Source of the DNA: Candidatus Multivoradales bacterium
GTDB taxonomy: Bacteria > Acidobacteriota > Thermoanaerobaculia > Multivoradales > Multivoraceae
NCBI GenBank assembly: GCA_965223325.1
Contig: CBDCWI010000002.1
Span: 2,560,001 to 2,624,000, forward strand
Direction: 5' to 3'
DNA: 64,000 bases
Below are positions 28,698-37,435 of this stretch, piece by piece (within the stretch, counting starts at the first letter, position 1; each line of letters opens with the position of its first letter). The translations under genes and the position numbers were made by a program. A model generated the notes under the pieces. That model worked only from the letters and a program-made list of their open reading frames with translations. It made no database searches and was not told where the DNA came from.

Positions 28698-29713
28698 ACC
28701 GTGCGACTCGCCCACTACGGCTGGCCGGCGCTCTACTGCTCACCGCGATCGCTCTCCTGGCACTCTTCGCACCGGCAGTCGTGCCCCACGACCCGGCGGC
28801 ACAAATCGACCCCGCCATGTCAGCGCGGCAACCGCCGGGGACGACTCTGTGGCTGGTCAAGACAAGCGGCCCTCGCAGGCTGTTGCTGGCGGAAGACGTC
28901 CAATGGCAGGAGGACGAGCTGGTCCTGGAGCGCCGGAACGGAACTCTCACCGTTCCACGCCACGAGGTCTCGAACCCAACCACTGCCGGTGTCGCTGACA
29001 AGCTGACGTTTCTCCTCGGTACCGACTCTCTGGGTCGTGACCTGCTCTCACGAGTACTCGCCGGTGCGCGCGGATCTCTCCTGATCGCTGCGTTCGCAAC
29101 GCTCATTGCATCGGTCCTCGGTTGTTTGATCGGCGCCCTGGCGGGTCTCGGTCCGGCCTGGCTCGATCGCCTGCTGATGGCTCTGACCGACGCCCTGTTG
29201 GCCTTCCCGGTCCTCGTTCTGCTGCTCGCTGTCGGTGCCATGGCGCGTCCCAGCATCTTCGCCCTCGCGTTCCTCCTGGGGAGCCTGAGTTGGATGGCGA
29301 TCGCGCGTCTCATCCGCGCCGAACTGCGCTCCCTACGCGAACGCGCCTGGGTCCTGCAGGCACGCTCGCAGGGCCAGAGCGAAGCGCGCATTTTCCGCCA
29401 TCACCTGCTACCCCACCTGCTGCCGACTCTGTTGATCGCCGCCAGTCTCGAGATCGCGAGTGTCGTGCTCGCCGAGTCGGCGCTCAGCTTTCTCGGTTTT
29501 GGCGTGCGCGCGCCGGCAGTCAGTTGGGGCAGCATGATCGCTGACGGTCGGGAGCTCCTGGTCACCGCGCCTTGGGTCACCCTGGTTCCTGGGTTCGGGC
29601 TTCTCTTCACAGTTCTCGCGCTGCACTGGATCGCGGGCGACGATCAGTGGACCTCCCGCTCCGGGGCCGCGCCACGCCGCCGCCAGCGAGACCAAGCGAG
29701 AAGTGAGCGATGA
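28694..29713 (+). CDS. ABC transporter permease (DppC/OppC-like)
   Basis: LGTDSLGRDLLSR, ESALSFLGFG, SWGSMI. Confidence 0.9.
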   Translation: MNRATRPLRLAGALLLTAIALLALFAPAVVPHDPAAQIDPAMSARQPPGTTLWLVKTSGPRRLLLAEDVQWQEDELVLERRNGTLTVPRHEVSNPTTAGVADKLTFLLGTDSLGRDLLSRVLAGARGSLLIAAFATLIASVLGCLIGALAGLGPAWLDRLLMALTDALLAFPVLVLLLAVGAMARPSIFALAFLLGSLSWMAIARLIRAELRSLRERAWVLQARSQGQSEARIFRHHLLPHLLPTLLIAASLEIASVVLAESALSFLGFGVRAPAVSWGSMIADGRELLVTAPWVTLVPGFGLLFTVLALHWIAGDDQWTSRSGAAPRRRQRDQARSER

Positions 29714-30816
29714 GGGCTGCGCTTTTCGACTACCAGCTTCCAGAGGAGGCCATCGCCCAGCATCCTTTGCCGCGCGGCGAGAGCCGCCTCTTTGTCCTCG
29801 ACAGGTCGGGCAGTGAGCGCCACGCGAGCATCCGCGACTTTGCGTCACTCCTCGAACCCCGCGACCTGCTAGTGCTCAACGACACCAAGGTGCTGCCGGC
29901 CAGGCTCTTTGCCCATCTACCAACCGGCGGCCGCGTCGAGCTACTGCTGCTCGAAGCGATCGAAGACAACCTCTGGCGAGCCCTCGGCCGGCCCCTGCGC
30001 AAGCTTCGGCCCGGCACAACGCTCGACGTCGAGACGGCCCAGGGAGCACCGCCGGTATCGTTGGTCGTCAGTGAGCGGGACGACACGTCGATCCTGGTTC
30101 AGTACGACCCGCCGGATGCTGGCGAAACCGACGCACTGCGAACGATGCGTGCGCTGCTCGAACGCTACGGGCACACACCTCTCCCGCCCTATATCAAGCG
30201 CCCCGACAACACCGAGGATCGCCAGGACTACCAGACCGTCTACGCCCGTCACCCAGGGTCAGTCGCCGCGCCAACCGCCGGACTGCACTTCGACGAGGCC
30301 CTGCTGGCCGAGCTCGACGGGAACGGAATCGAGCGTGTCGCAGTCACCCTGCATGTAGGAATCGGCACCTTCCGTCCCGTCCAGGTCGACGACACCGAGG
30401 ACCATCGCATGCACTTCGAGCGCTATAGCATCAACGAAGACGCGGTGCGGGCGATCGAAGACACGAAGGCGCAGGGAGGGCGCATCGTCGCCGTCGGCAC
30501 GACCGTCGTACGAACCCTCGAAGCCGCTGCCCGCAAGGCACGATCGCTCGACCACACGAAACTGCTGCTGGCGGGCGCCGGCGAGACAGACCTCTTCCTC
30601 ACTCCCGGCGAGCAGTTCCAGGTGGTTGACGCCCTGTTGACCAACTTCCACCTGCCCCGCTCTTCCCTGTTGATGCTGGTGGCGGCCTTCGGCGGTCGAG
30701 AGCGCGTTCTTTCTGCCTACGAGGAGGCGGTTCGGGAGGGCTACCGCTTTTTCTCCTACGGCGACGCCATGTTCCTCGAGCGCAGAATGCGTGACGCCAT
30801 CAACGCGGCGCCGTAG
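29710..30816 (+). CDS. queA: SAM:tRNA ribosyltransferase-isomerase
   Basis: FDYQLPEEAIAQHP, PLPPYI, AAPTAGLHF, TNFHLP, YRFFSYGDAM. Confidence 0.97.
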   Translation: MRAALFDYQLPEEAIAQHPLPRGESRLFVLDRSGSERHASIRDFASLLEPRDLLVLNDTKVLPARLFAHLPTGGRVELLLLEAIEDNLWRALGRPLRKLRPGTTLDVETAQGAPPVSLVVSERDDTSILVQYDPPDAGETDALRTMRALLERYGHTPLPPYIKRPDNTEDRQDYQTVYARHPGSVAAPTAGLHFDEALLAELDGNGIERVAVTLHVGIGTFRPVQVDDTEDHRMHFERYSINEDAVRAIEDTKAQGGRIVAVGTTVVRTLEAAARKARSLDHTKLLLAGAGETDLFLTPGEQFQVVDALLTNFHLPRSSLLMLVAAFGGRERVLSAYEEAVREGYRFFSYGDAMFLERRMRDAINAAP

Positions 30817-31520
30817 CCATTGTCGATGTTGACCACTGCGACACCGGGAGCGCAGCCATTGAGCATCGTCAAGAGTGCAGCCAGGCCATCGAAAGCCGAA
30901 CCGTAGCCGACGCTCGTTGGCACGGCGATGACCGGCAGCCCGACCAGGCCCGCCACCAGCGTCGGCAGCGCACCGTCCATTCCCGCCACCACGATGGCGC
31001 AGCGCGCGTCGCGCACTCGCGGCAGATGGGCAAGCAGGCGATGGACACCCGCAACCCCAACGTCCCAGAACCGTTCGACGGAGTGACCGTGCCACTCCGC
31101 GACTTGCGCCGCCTCTTCGGCCACTCCCAGGTCTGACGTACCGGCAGAGAGAACGGCGATATCGGTTCCGTCGCCGGCGGTTGGTGCTGGCTCGCCGAGA
31201 CGGAACAACCGACTGCGTGGATCGTAGCCGCCACCAAATCGACGCTCCAGGTCGGCACCACGGTCCTCGTTGACCCGTGTCGCAAGAACACGCCCCAGGC
31301 GAGCGATCGCAGCCTCGACGATCAGCACCAGTTCCTCGTCGCTCTTGCCGGACGCCAGGATCGCTTCCGGATGGCCGGCACGGAGCTCGCGCTGGAGGTC
31401 GAGTTTCGCCACACCGAGATCGAGAAAGGGCGATTCCGCCAGCCGAGCACTGGCGTCCTCCGGTGTGGTTTCACCCGCGGCGACCCGCTCGAGAAGCGAC
31501 TGCAGCTCCTCGGGACTCAA
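30756..31520 (-). CDS. larB: nickel-pincer nucleotide biosynthesis carboxylase/hydrolase LarB
   Basis: AGTSDLGVAEEA, DVGVAGVHRL, VAGMDGALP, PTSVGYG, VVNIDNGYGA. TTG start overlaps the larE stop. Confidence 0.9.
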   Translation of the reverse strand: MSPEELQSLLERVAAGETTPEDASARLAESPFLDLGVAKLDLQRELRAGHPEAILASGKSDEELVLIVEAAIARLGRVLATRVNEDRGADLERRFGGGYDPRSRLFRLGEPAPTAGDGTDIAVLSAGTSDLGVAEEAAQVAEWHGHSVERFWDVGVAGVHRLLAHLPRVRDARCAIVVAGMDGALPTLVAGLVGLPVIAVPTSVGYGSAFDGLAALLTMLNGCAPGVAVVNIDNGYGAALMASRILRSRNMASP

Positions 31521-32398
31521 GGGAGCGCCTTCTTCTCGGGCACCTTCATCTCGGAAACCCTCTGAGGAAAGCCTCTCTCTGAGGAGCCCCTCTCCAAGGG
31601 GGCGTCGGCACCTCCCGAGCGATAGCCGCGACGATCGAATGCAGCACGGGCAAAACCCACCGCCAGAATCTTCGGCTCGAGTCGAGGCCATTCCGCCGCC
31701 AGGCGCTCGACCTCGTCAACGCCTACTTCCACCCGGGCACCGTCACTATCGTGGCGTACGCGGAAGACGCGGTAGCCGGCGGCGGCCAGAAGATCTTCGG
31801 CACGCTCGACGCGGCGAAGTTTGCCAAGCGTCACCACCTGGCCATGGGGGATCCGCGACGAGAGACAGGCGTTCGCCGGCCGATCCCACACCGAGAGATC
31901 GAGGTGCCGGGCCAGCTGGCGAACGTCGGCTTTCGAAACACGGTGAGCCAGGAGCGGCGAGTACACGCCACGCTCCTCGATCGCCGCGAGACCAGGCCGG
32001 TCGGGGCCGGGGTCGGAGGCGTTCGTGCCATCACAAACCAACGCCAGACCGCGCCGCTTCGCGAGTTCGATCATCGTATCCATGCGCATGCCCTGACAAA
32101 CGTAACAGCGCCACGACGGGTTGGCAGAGAACTCAGGGTTGTCGAGCTCGCTGTAGGTGACGACTTCGTGCGTGATGCCAATCTCACCAGCCACCCGCCG
32201 CGCTTCGTCGAGCTCACGGCCGGCGAGAGTCTCAGCCGCGGCAGTCACCGCGAGCGCCCGCGCGCCGAGTGCACGATGGGCGAGGGCCGCCACCACGGCC
32301 GAGTCGACGCCACCCGAATACGCGACCAGTACCGAATCTCGCCCGGCGAGGTCTGCCTGTAGCGTATCGAGCGTCTCGATCAACCGGGCAGCAGTCAA
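31517..32398 (-). CDS. larE: ATP-dependent sulfur insertase LarE
   Basis: PP-loop AYSGGVDS, CYVC, DGTNASD..RPG, ACLSSRIP. Confidence 0.9.
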   Translation of the reverse strand: MTAARLIETLDTLQADLAGRDSVLVAYSGGVDSAVVAALAHRALGARALAVTAAAETLAGRELDEARRVAGEIGITHEVVTYSELDNPEFSANPSWRCYVCQGMRMDTMIELAKRRGLALVCDGTNASDPGPDRPGLAAIEERGVYSPLLAHRVSKADVRQLARHLDLSVWDRPANACLSSRIPHGQVVTLGKLRRVERAEDLLAAAGYRVFRVRHDSDGARVEVGVDEVERLAAEWPRLEPKILAVGFARAAFDRRGYRSGGADAPLERGSSERGFPQRVSEMKVPEKKALP

Positions 32399-32419
32399 CT
32401 GCAGGGCTCCTGACTCGCC

Positions 32420-32860
32420 TCAGTCGCGCCGAGCGACTTCTTCCCGATCGTCGTGGTTGCTGCCAATGCGAATCTGTCGTACCGAAACTTCCTTGCGCCG
32501 CAGCACGACCGGAACCAGAAAGAGCACGCCATAGACGAAGAAGGAGAGCATCGGGATGATTGCAGCACGATCCAGGTCGAGCGAAAAGGGTGGCGCGAGG
32601 GCGCGCAGTAGGTAGAGAACACCGGGCGGTCCAAAGAAGTAGATGACAAAGAAACGACGGGCGAGGGTTCTAGAGAGTGGCCGCGTGCGATGCACCCATA
32701 CGTTGCCGAAGACCCAGCCTGTCGCTGCGGAGATCGCGTAGAGCTGCCGCAGGCTCATGTTCAGTCGTCCCGAAACATCGACGATGCCTGCCGCCGCGAG
32801 AAGCACCACCACCCAGCAGGCGAGGCAAAAGGCGATCAGCAGGTTCTCGATTCGTTTCAC
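32420..32860 (-). CDS. hypothetical membrane protein (about 4 TM)
   Basis: Hydrophobic segments; sits co-oriented between gcvH and larE. Confidence 0.7.
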   Translation of the reverse strand: MKRIENLLIAFCLACWVVVLLAAAGIVDVSGRLNMSLRQLYAISAATGWVFGNVWVHRTRPLSRTLARRFFVIYFFGPPGVLYLLRALAPPFSLDLDRAAIIPMLSFFVYGVLFLVPVVLRRKEVSVRQIRIGSNHDDREEVARRD

Positions 32861-32877
32861 GGGCTCACGGTCTTAGA

Positions 32878-33258
32878 TCATTCGGCGGAGATCTTCTCCT
32901 GGTAGGCCGGTGCGTCGAGCAGGGCTTCGACCTCGCCTGCGTTTCTGATCTCGAGCTTGACCAGCCAACCGTCGCCCAGCGGCTCCTCGTTGACGAGTTC
33001 GGGTCGCTCCTCGAGATCCTGATTGACCTCGAGGATCGAGCCCGACACCGGCAGGTAGAGCGACGACACGGCTTTGACCGACTCGATGGTGCCCATCTCC
33101 TGGCCCTGCTCGAACTCGGTTCCTGGCTCGGGCAACTCGACGTAGACCACATCACCGAGCTCCTCTTGCGCGAAGTCGGTGATGCCGACGATGCCGGTGT
33201 CACCCTCTACCTGCAGCCACTCGTGATCGTCTGTGTAGTACCGATCGTCCGGGACCAT
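32878..33258 (-). CDS. gcvH: glycine cleavage system H protein
   Basis: HEW, GITDFAQEELGDVVYV, lipoyl Lys in IESVKAVS. Confidence 0.97.
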   Translation of the reverse strand: MVPDDRYYTDDHEWLQVEGDTGIVGITDFAQEELGDVVYVELPEPGTEFEQGQEMGTIESVKAVSSLYLPVSGSILEVNQDLEERPELVNEEPLGDGWLVKLEIRNAGEVEALLDAPAYQEKISAE

Positions 33259-33352
33259 GGTCAGCCCCTCCTCGAAGTTGTTCTTGTGATCATTTCAGTT
33301 TTCGGGTCCAGTCGCATGCTGCGACCCAAACCCCCTGTTAGCCCATCGCGGC

Positions 33353-34468
33353 TCAACTTCGGTCCCGTTTGAAGAACGGCAGCGGCACCCGGGCGATCTC
33401 GACCTCACGACCACGCACCTCGAGCGCCAGGGGCTCGTCGCCGGCTGCTACCTCTGCCGAGACCATCGCCAGACCAATCGAGCGCTCGAGGGTCGGACTC
33501 CAGCCGCCCGAAGTCGTTTCACCCGCCGACTGGCCGTTCGCGAGCACCGGATACCCAGAACGCGCCACGCCACGGCCCTTGACTTCGAAACCAACAATGC
33601 GACGCCGAGGGCCGCTCTCTTTCTCGGCTTCGAGGGCCTGGCGACCGCGGAAGTCGCCCTCTTGACCGAGCTTGACGATCCAACCAAGGCCCGCCTCGTA
33701 CGGCGTAACAGTCGGGCCGATGTCGACGCCCGACAACATCATGCCGGCCTCGAGGCGCAGGGTGTCGCGCGCGCCGAGGCCGGCGGGAACGAGACCATGG
33801 GGTTCGCCGGCCGCAAGCAGCGTTCGCCACACCTCAGGCGATGCCTCGGCCGGCAGGTAGAGTTCAAACCCATCTTCCCCGGTGTACCCGGTTCGCGAAA
33901 CGAGGGTCGGCACCCCGGCCACCTCCCCGTTCTTGAAGCGGTAATAGCGGATCTTCGAGAGGTCAATCTCAGTGAGACCGGCCAGAATCTCACTCGCCAG
34001 CGGACCTTGCAGAGCGATCAGAGCAGTGGAATCGCTGTCGTCGCGGACTTCGACCGACGCTCCGGCTCGCTCGACCTCTTCATGGATGAGCGCCAGGTCG
34101 GCCGTGCGGCCTCCGGCGTTGACGACCAGGAGGTAGTCGCGTGCACCGCGGCAGTACACCAACAGGTCATCGACGAATGTGCCGCGATCGGTGAGGAAGG
34201 CGCTGTAGTGGGCTCGACCGGGCCGCAGGGCCGTCACGTCGTTGGGAGTGAGCCGCTGGATCAAGTCTGCGGCATCCTCGCCCAACACCGTGATCTCGCC
34301 CATGTGTGAGACGTCAAACAGCCCAGCCCGTGAGCGCACGGCCAAGTGCTCGTCCTTGACGCCGCTGTACTGCACCGGCATCGACCAGCCCGCAAACGGA
34401 ACCATTCGTCCCCCGGCTTCGAGATGGCACGCGTGAAGGGGAGTTTTCTTGAGGTCGTTCTGGGTCAC
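33353..34468 (-). CDS. gcvT: glycine cleavage system aminomethyltransferase T
   Basis: [42 protein letters not shown] start at 34468 chosen. Confidence 0.95.
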   Translation of the reverse strand: MTQNDLKKTPLHACHLEAGGRMVPFAGWSMPVQYSGVKDEHLAVRSRAGLFDVSHMGEITVLGEDAADLIQRLTPNDVTALRPGRAHYSAFLTDRGTFVDDLLVYCRGARDYLLVVNAGGRTADLALIHEEVERAGASVEVRDDSDSTALIALQGPLASEILAGLTEIDLSKIRYYRFKNGEVAGVPTLVSRTGYTGEDGFELYLPAEASPEVWRTLLAAGEPHGLVPAGLGARDTLRLEAGMMLSGVDIGPTVTPYEAGLGWIVKLGQEGDFRGRQALEAEKESGPRRRIVGFEVKGRGVARSGYPVLANGQSAGETTSGGWSPTLERSIGLAMVSAEVAAGDEPLALEVRGREVEIARVPLPFFKRDRS

Positions 34469-34601
34469 GGCTTGGGGGAGTTCGGGTCTTCCGCGCGGCA
34501 AGGTATCACGTGCTCGACGCGCTCTCGGCGCATAGCCCCCACGCGGACAAACCCATGCAGTTCAGGACTTTGCGCGGAGATGGGTCCCTCTGGGAACCAC
34601 C

Positions 34602-34800
34602 TGTGGAAACCCTTTGTGGAAAACGATGTGGAAAAGGCCATCCACCAACATCAGGGGCGGTGTCGGCAAGAATCGTTTTCTAGGAATCGGCGGACGAGCA
34701 CAGCGGTCCGCGTCCTCAATCCGGCGCCAGAATCACTCGATAGCTTGGAAAACGCCAAGAGGGAAAGGTCGCCTGGAGGGAAGCGCAACGGTTTTCCACA
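34602..34800. promoter_or_regulatory. cluster of DnaA-box-like 9-mers
   Basis: TGTGGAAAC 34602, TGTGGAAAA 34615, TGTGGAAAA 34627 and inverted TTTTCCACA 34792. Three match TTWTNCACA exactly. Confidence 0.6.
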
Positions 34801-34859
34801 TCGCGGACTGCTCTATCTACCGCCCCCGGAACCACGTAAGTGCTTGCAGGCACTCGACC

Positions 34860-36133
34860 TCAGGCTCGTGGTCGACCGCGCACGACGGTCAGCCGCGCGG
34901 GATCGAGATGACGGCGAACCGCTGCATGGACGTCCGGGCGATCGAGATGACGGAGCCGCTCGAGGCGCCAGGAAGCATCCCACAGAGGCAGCCGGTAGTA
35001 GAGCGACTCGGCCAGGGTGTTCGCCCACTGGCGAGCGGTCTCGCGGAGAAACGGATCGCGACCGAGCAGGTAGCTCCGCGCTTCGCGCACCTCTTCCTCG
35101 TTCGGCCCGTCTTCGACAAACCGTCTGAGTTCTTCGATCGCCGCGCGTTCAGCAGCCCGCGCGGTTGCGGGTGAGGTCCCAAGATGAATCACCAGACGCC
35201 CCGGATCGAGACCTGCACCCGCGAGGGTGGTGGCGCTCGCAAGGTAGGCCAGCCCCTCCTCCTCACGGATTCTCTGCGGAATCCTGCCCGTTAGACCACT
35301 CCCAGCTCCCAGAACGACACCAGCCAGCAGAAGCGCCGGAACGTCCGGGTCATCGATTGCCAACGTGAGCTGCCCGAGAAAGAGATGCTCCTGGCCGGGA
35401 GCGTTGGTGATGACACCGCGTTCGCGCGACTCGACTGGCGGAGGATCTGGCGGTCGATTGTGCGGAGTCGGTGCTGGAGTGGCTGGGGGGTTGAAGCGAA
35501 CAGTTCTTCGACCGCCCGAGCGACCTCTGCAACCTCGATGGCACCGCTGATCGCCACGACAACGCCGGCGGCACGCGCCCGTTGGTGAAAGGTCAAGCAA
35601 TCGCTCGGTGCAACCGACGCCAGGTCCTCAGCTGTTCCGAGGACCTCACGCCCCGCCGGATGGGCGCCGTACAACAACTCCAGGAAGCGGCGGCCGGTGA
35701 AGCGATCCGGATGGTCGTTGATGCTCTCGAGCTCTGCCAGGGTCTGTTGGCGAATCAGGTCCAGGCGATCGGCCGGGAAGATGCTCTCGGCAACCAGCTC
35801 CGCCGCCAACACCAGCGCCTCGCGCCAGTCGCATGCCAGGGCATTGATCGCCAGGCCATGCGCGGCGAGAGCGCCGAAGGTCGACAGTGACATGCCGCGG
35901 CGCTCGCAACGCTCGGCCACCTGCTGCCAGTCGGCCCGCGGTGTGCCCTCGGAGAGGAGCTCACCCGTCAACGAAGCGAGACCGGCCAGCGGCTCGACCC
36001 GCGAGCCGCCGCGCAGATAGACCCGAATCGCGACGGTAGGAACAGGATCGAAGCGATGGACCGCCCAATGCACCGACCGTTCGGGTGACTGTTGCATGAG
36101 CGGCGCGCCCCCGGTTCTGGCAGGAGCGCTCAC
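34860..36133 (-). pseudogene. M16 peptidase family non-catalytic subunit, split by a 1-bp frameshift (or a sequencing error)
   Basis: ORFs 35291-36133 and 34860-35600 join into ~424 aa if one base is added at the G6 run 35485-35490. R/Y motif RIREEEGLAY. Confidence 0.75.
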
Positions 36134-37419
36134 TGGTCGCCCTCGGCGGCGTGTGCCCAGGCGACGATGGGACCGTTCTCGGATTGGAACACCCCGGTTA
36201 GCGCGGCGCTGACCTCTTCGGCTTTGGCTTCGAGGGTGGTCCGGTGAAGGCGCTCGAGCCAGCCGAGGTCAAAGGACAAAGCCGCGGTCCCGAGGGCAAC
36301 GGCGCGCTGATAGGCCCTCTCGAGACCATAGGCACGGTCGACGATCGCCTGTCGGCGAGCGCGCTCGAGCTCAGCGGCTACGAGCGGGCGTTGTTCCAGT
36401 GACGACAGTGCATCGAACAGTCGCTTCTCGACCTCCTCCGGTTCGACGCCTGGAACCAGCTCGAGCGCCACCACGACGGCACCATCGCCTTCTTGAATAC
36501 GCGTCTCGCCCGACAGCCACGTCGCCAGCGGTGCATCCTCGACGAACAGCCGTTGCAGGCGCGACAGGCGGCCCTCGGCGATCGCGCCCACCCCGAGCTG
36601 GACCAGGAACTTCTGGCGCTCTGGTAGCGCCGCCGGCAACCGCCACGACACTTGCAAGCGGGCGACGTGACCACGACGCAATTCGATTCGCGACGCTTGG
36701 ACCGGTCCGACTCCGGCGGGACGGGGGCGTGGGGGGACCCTCCCCTCGACCTGGGCGAAGCGCGCTCGAACCCTATCGACGACATCGTCCGGCACGTCAC
36801 CGGCGATCACCAGAATGCTGCCTGCCGGCTGATACCACGCACGATACAGGTCAGAAAGGACAGAGCCATCGATAGCAGCCAACGATTCGCGCGTCCCCAG
36901 GATCGGTCTGCCGTAGGCGCTTCCCGAGAACAGGCGCGCTGCTGACCCTGCGTCGAGGGCGTCCCAGGGATCGTCCTCATACATGCCGATCTCCTCGACG
37001 ATCACCCGACGCTCGCGCTCGACCTCGCCGGGGTCGAGTGTCAGAGCCCGCATGCGATCGGCCTCGATGGCCAGCGCGGTTTCCCACTGTTCACTTCCGA
37101 ACTGGAACCAGTAGACCGTGCCATCGTGAGTGGTATAGGCGTTGTTGTCGCCACCTCGCGCCTCTGTTTGACGGTCGATTTCACCTGGCGGCCACCTCGT
37201 CGAGCCCTTGAACATCATGTGTTCGAGGAAGTGGGCGCCTCCATGCGCGTGGTCGGGCTCGTGTCGCGTACCGAACGGATAGAACAGGGCGGTGGCGACG
37301 ACGGGAGCGTGATGGTCCGGTGCCACGATCACCTCGAGACCGTTGTCGAGTGTGGTGACTCGGTGTTCGATCTCGAAAGACAAACCTCCGAGGCGACGAT
37401 CGGACGTTGGCGCGCTCAC
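36130..37419 (-). CDS. M16 family zinc peptidase (catalytic subunit)
   Basis: HxxEH (HFLEHMMFKGS), NAYT, ERERRVIVEE. Confidence 0.93.
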   Translation of the reverse strand: MSAPTSDRRLGGLSFEIEHRVTTLDNGLEVIVAPDHHAPVVATALFYPFGTRHEPDHAHGGAHFLEHMMFKGSTRWPPGEIDRQTEARGGDNNAYTTHDGTVYWFQFGSEQWETALAIEADRMRALTLDPGEVERERRVIVEEIGMYEDDPWDALDAGSAARLFSGSAYGRPILGTRESLAAIDGSVLSDLYRAWYQPAGSILVIAGDVPDDVVDRVRARFAQVEGRVPPRPRPAGVGPVQASRIELRRGHVARLQVSWRLPAALPERQKFLVQLGVGAIAEGRLSRLQRLFVEDAPLATWLSGETRIQEGDGAVVVALELVPGVEPEEVEKRLFDALSSLEQRPLVAAELERARRQAIVDRAYGLERAYQRAVALGTAALSFDLGWLERLHRTTLEAKAEEVSAALTGVFQSENGPIVAWAHAAEGDQ

Positions 37420-37435
37420 TCCCTGTCCGCGCGAT

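Noticed and set aside
34469-34859. Glycine riboswitch upstream of gcvT; oriC call
   Set aside because: No recognisable glycine aptamer core. No dnaA/dnaN, clear AT-rich unwinding element or gene-strand switch, so it is reported only as a DnaA-box cluster.
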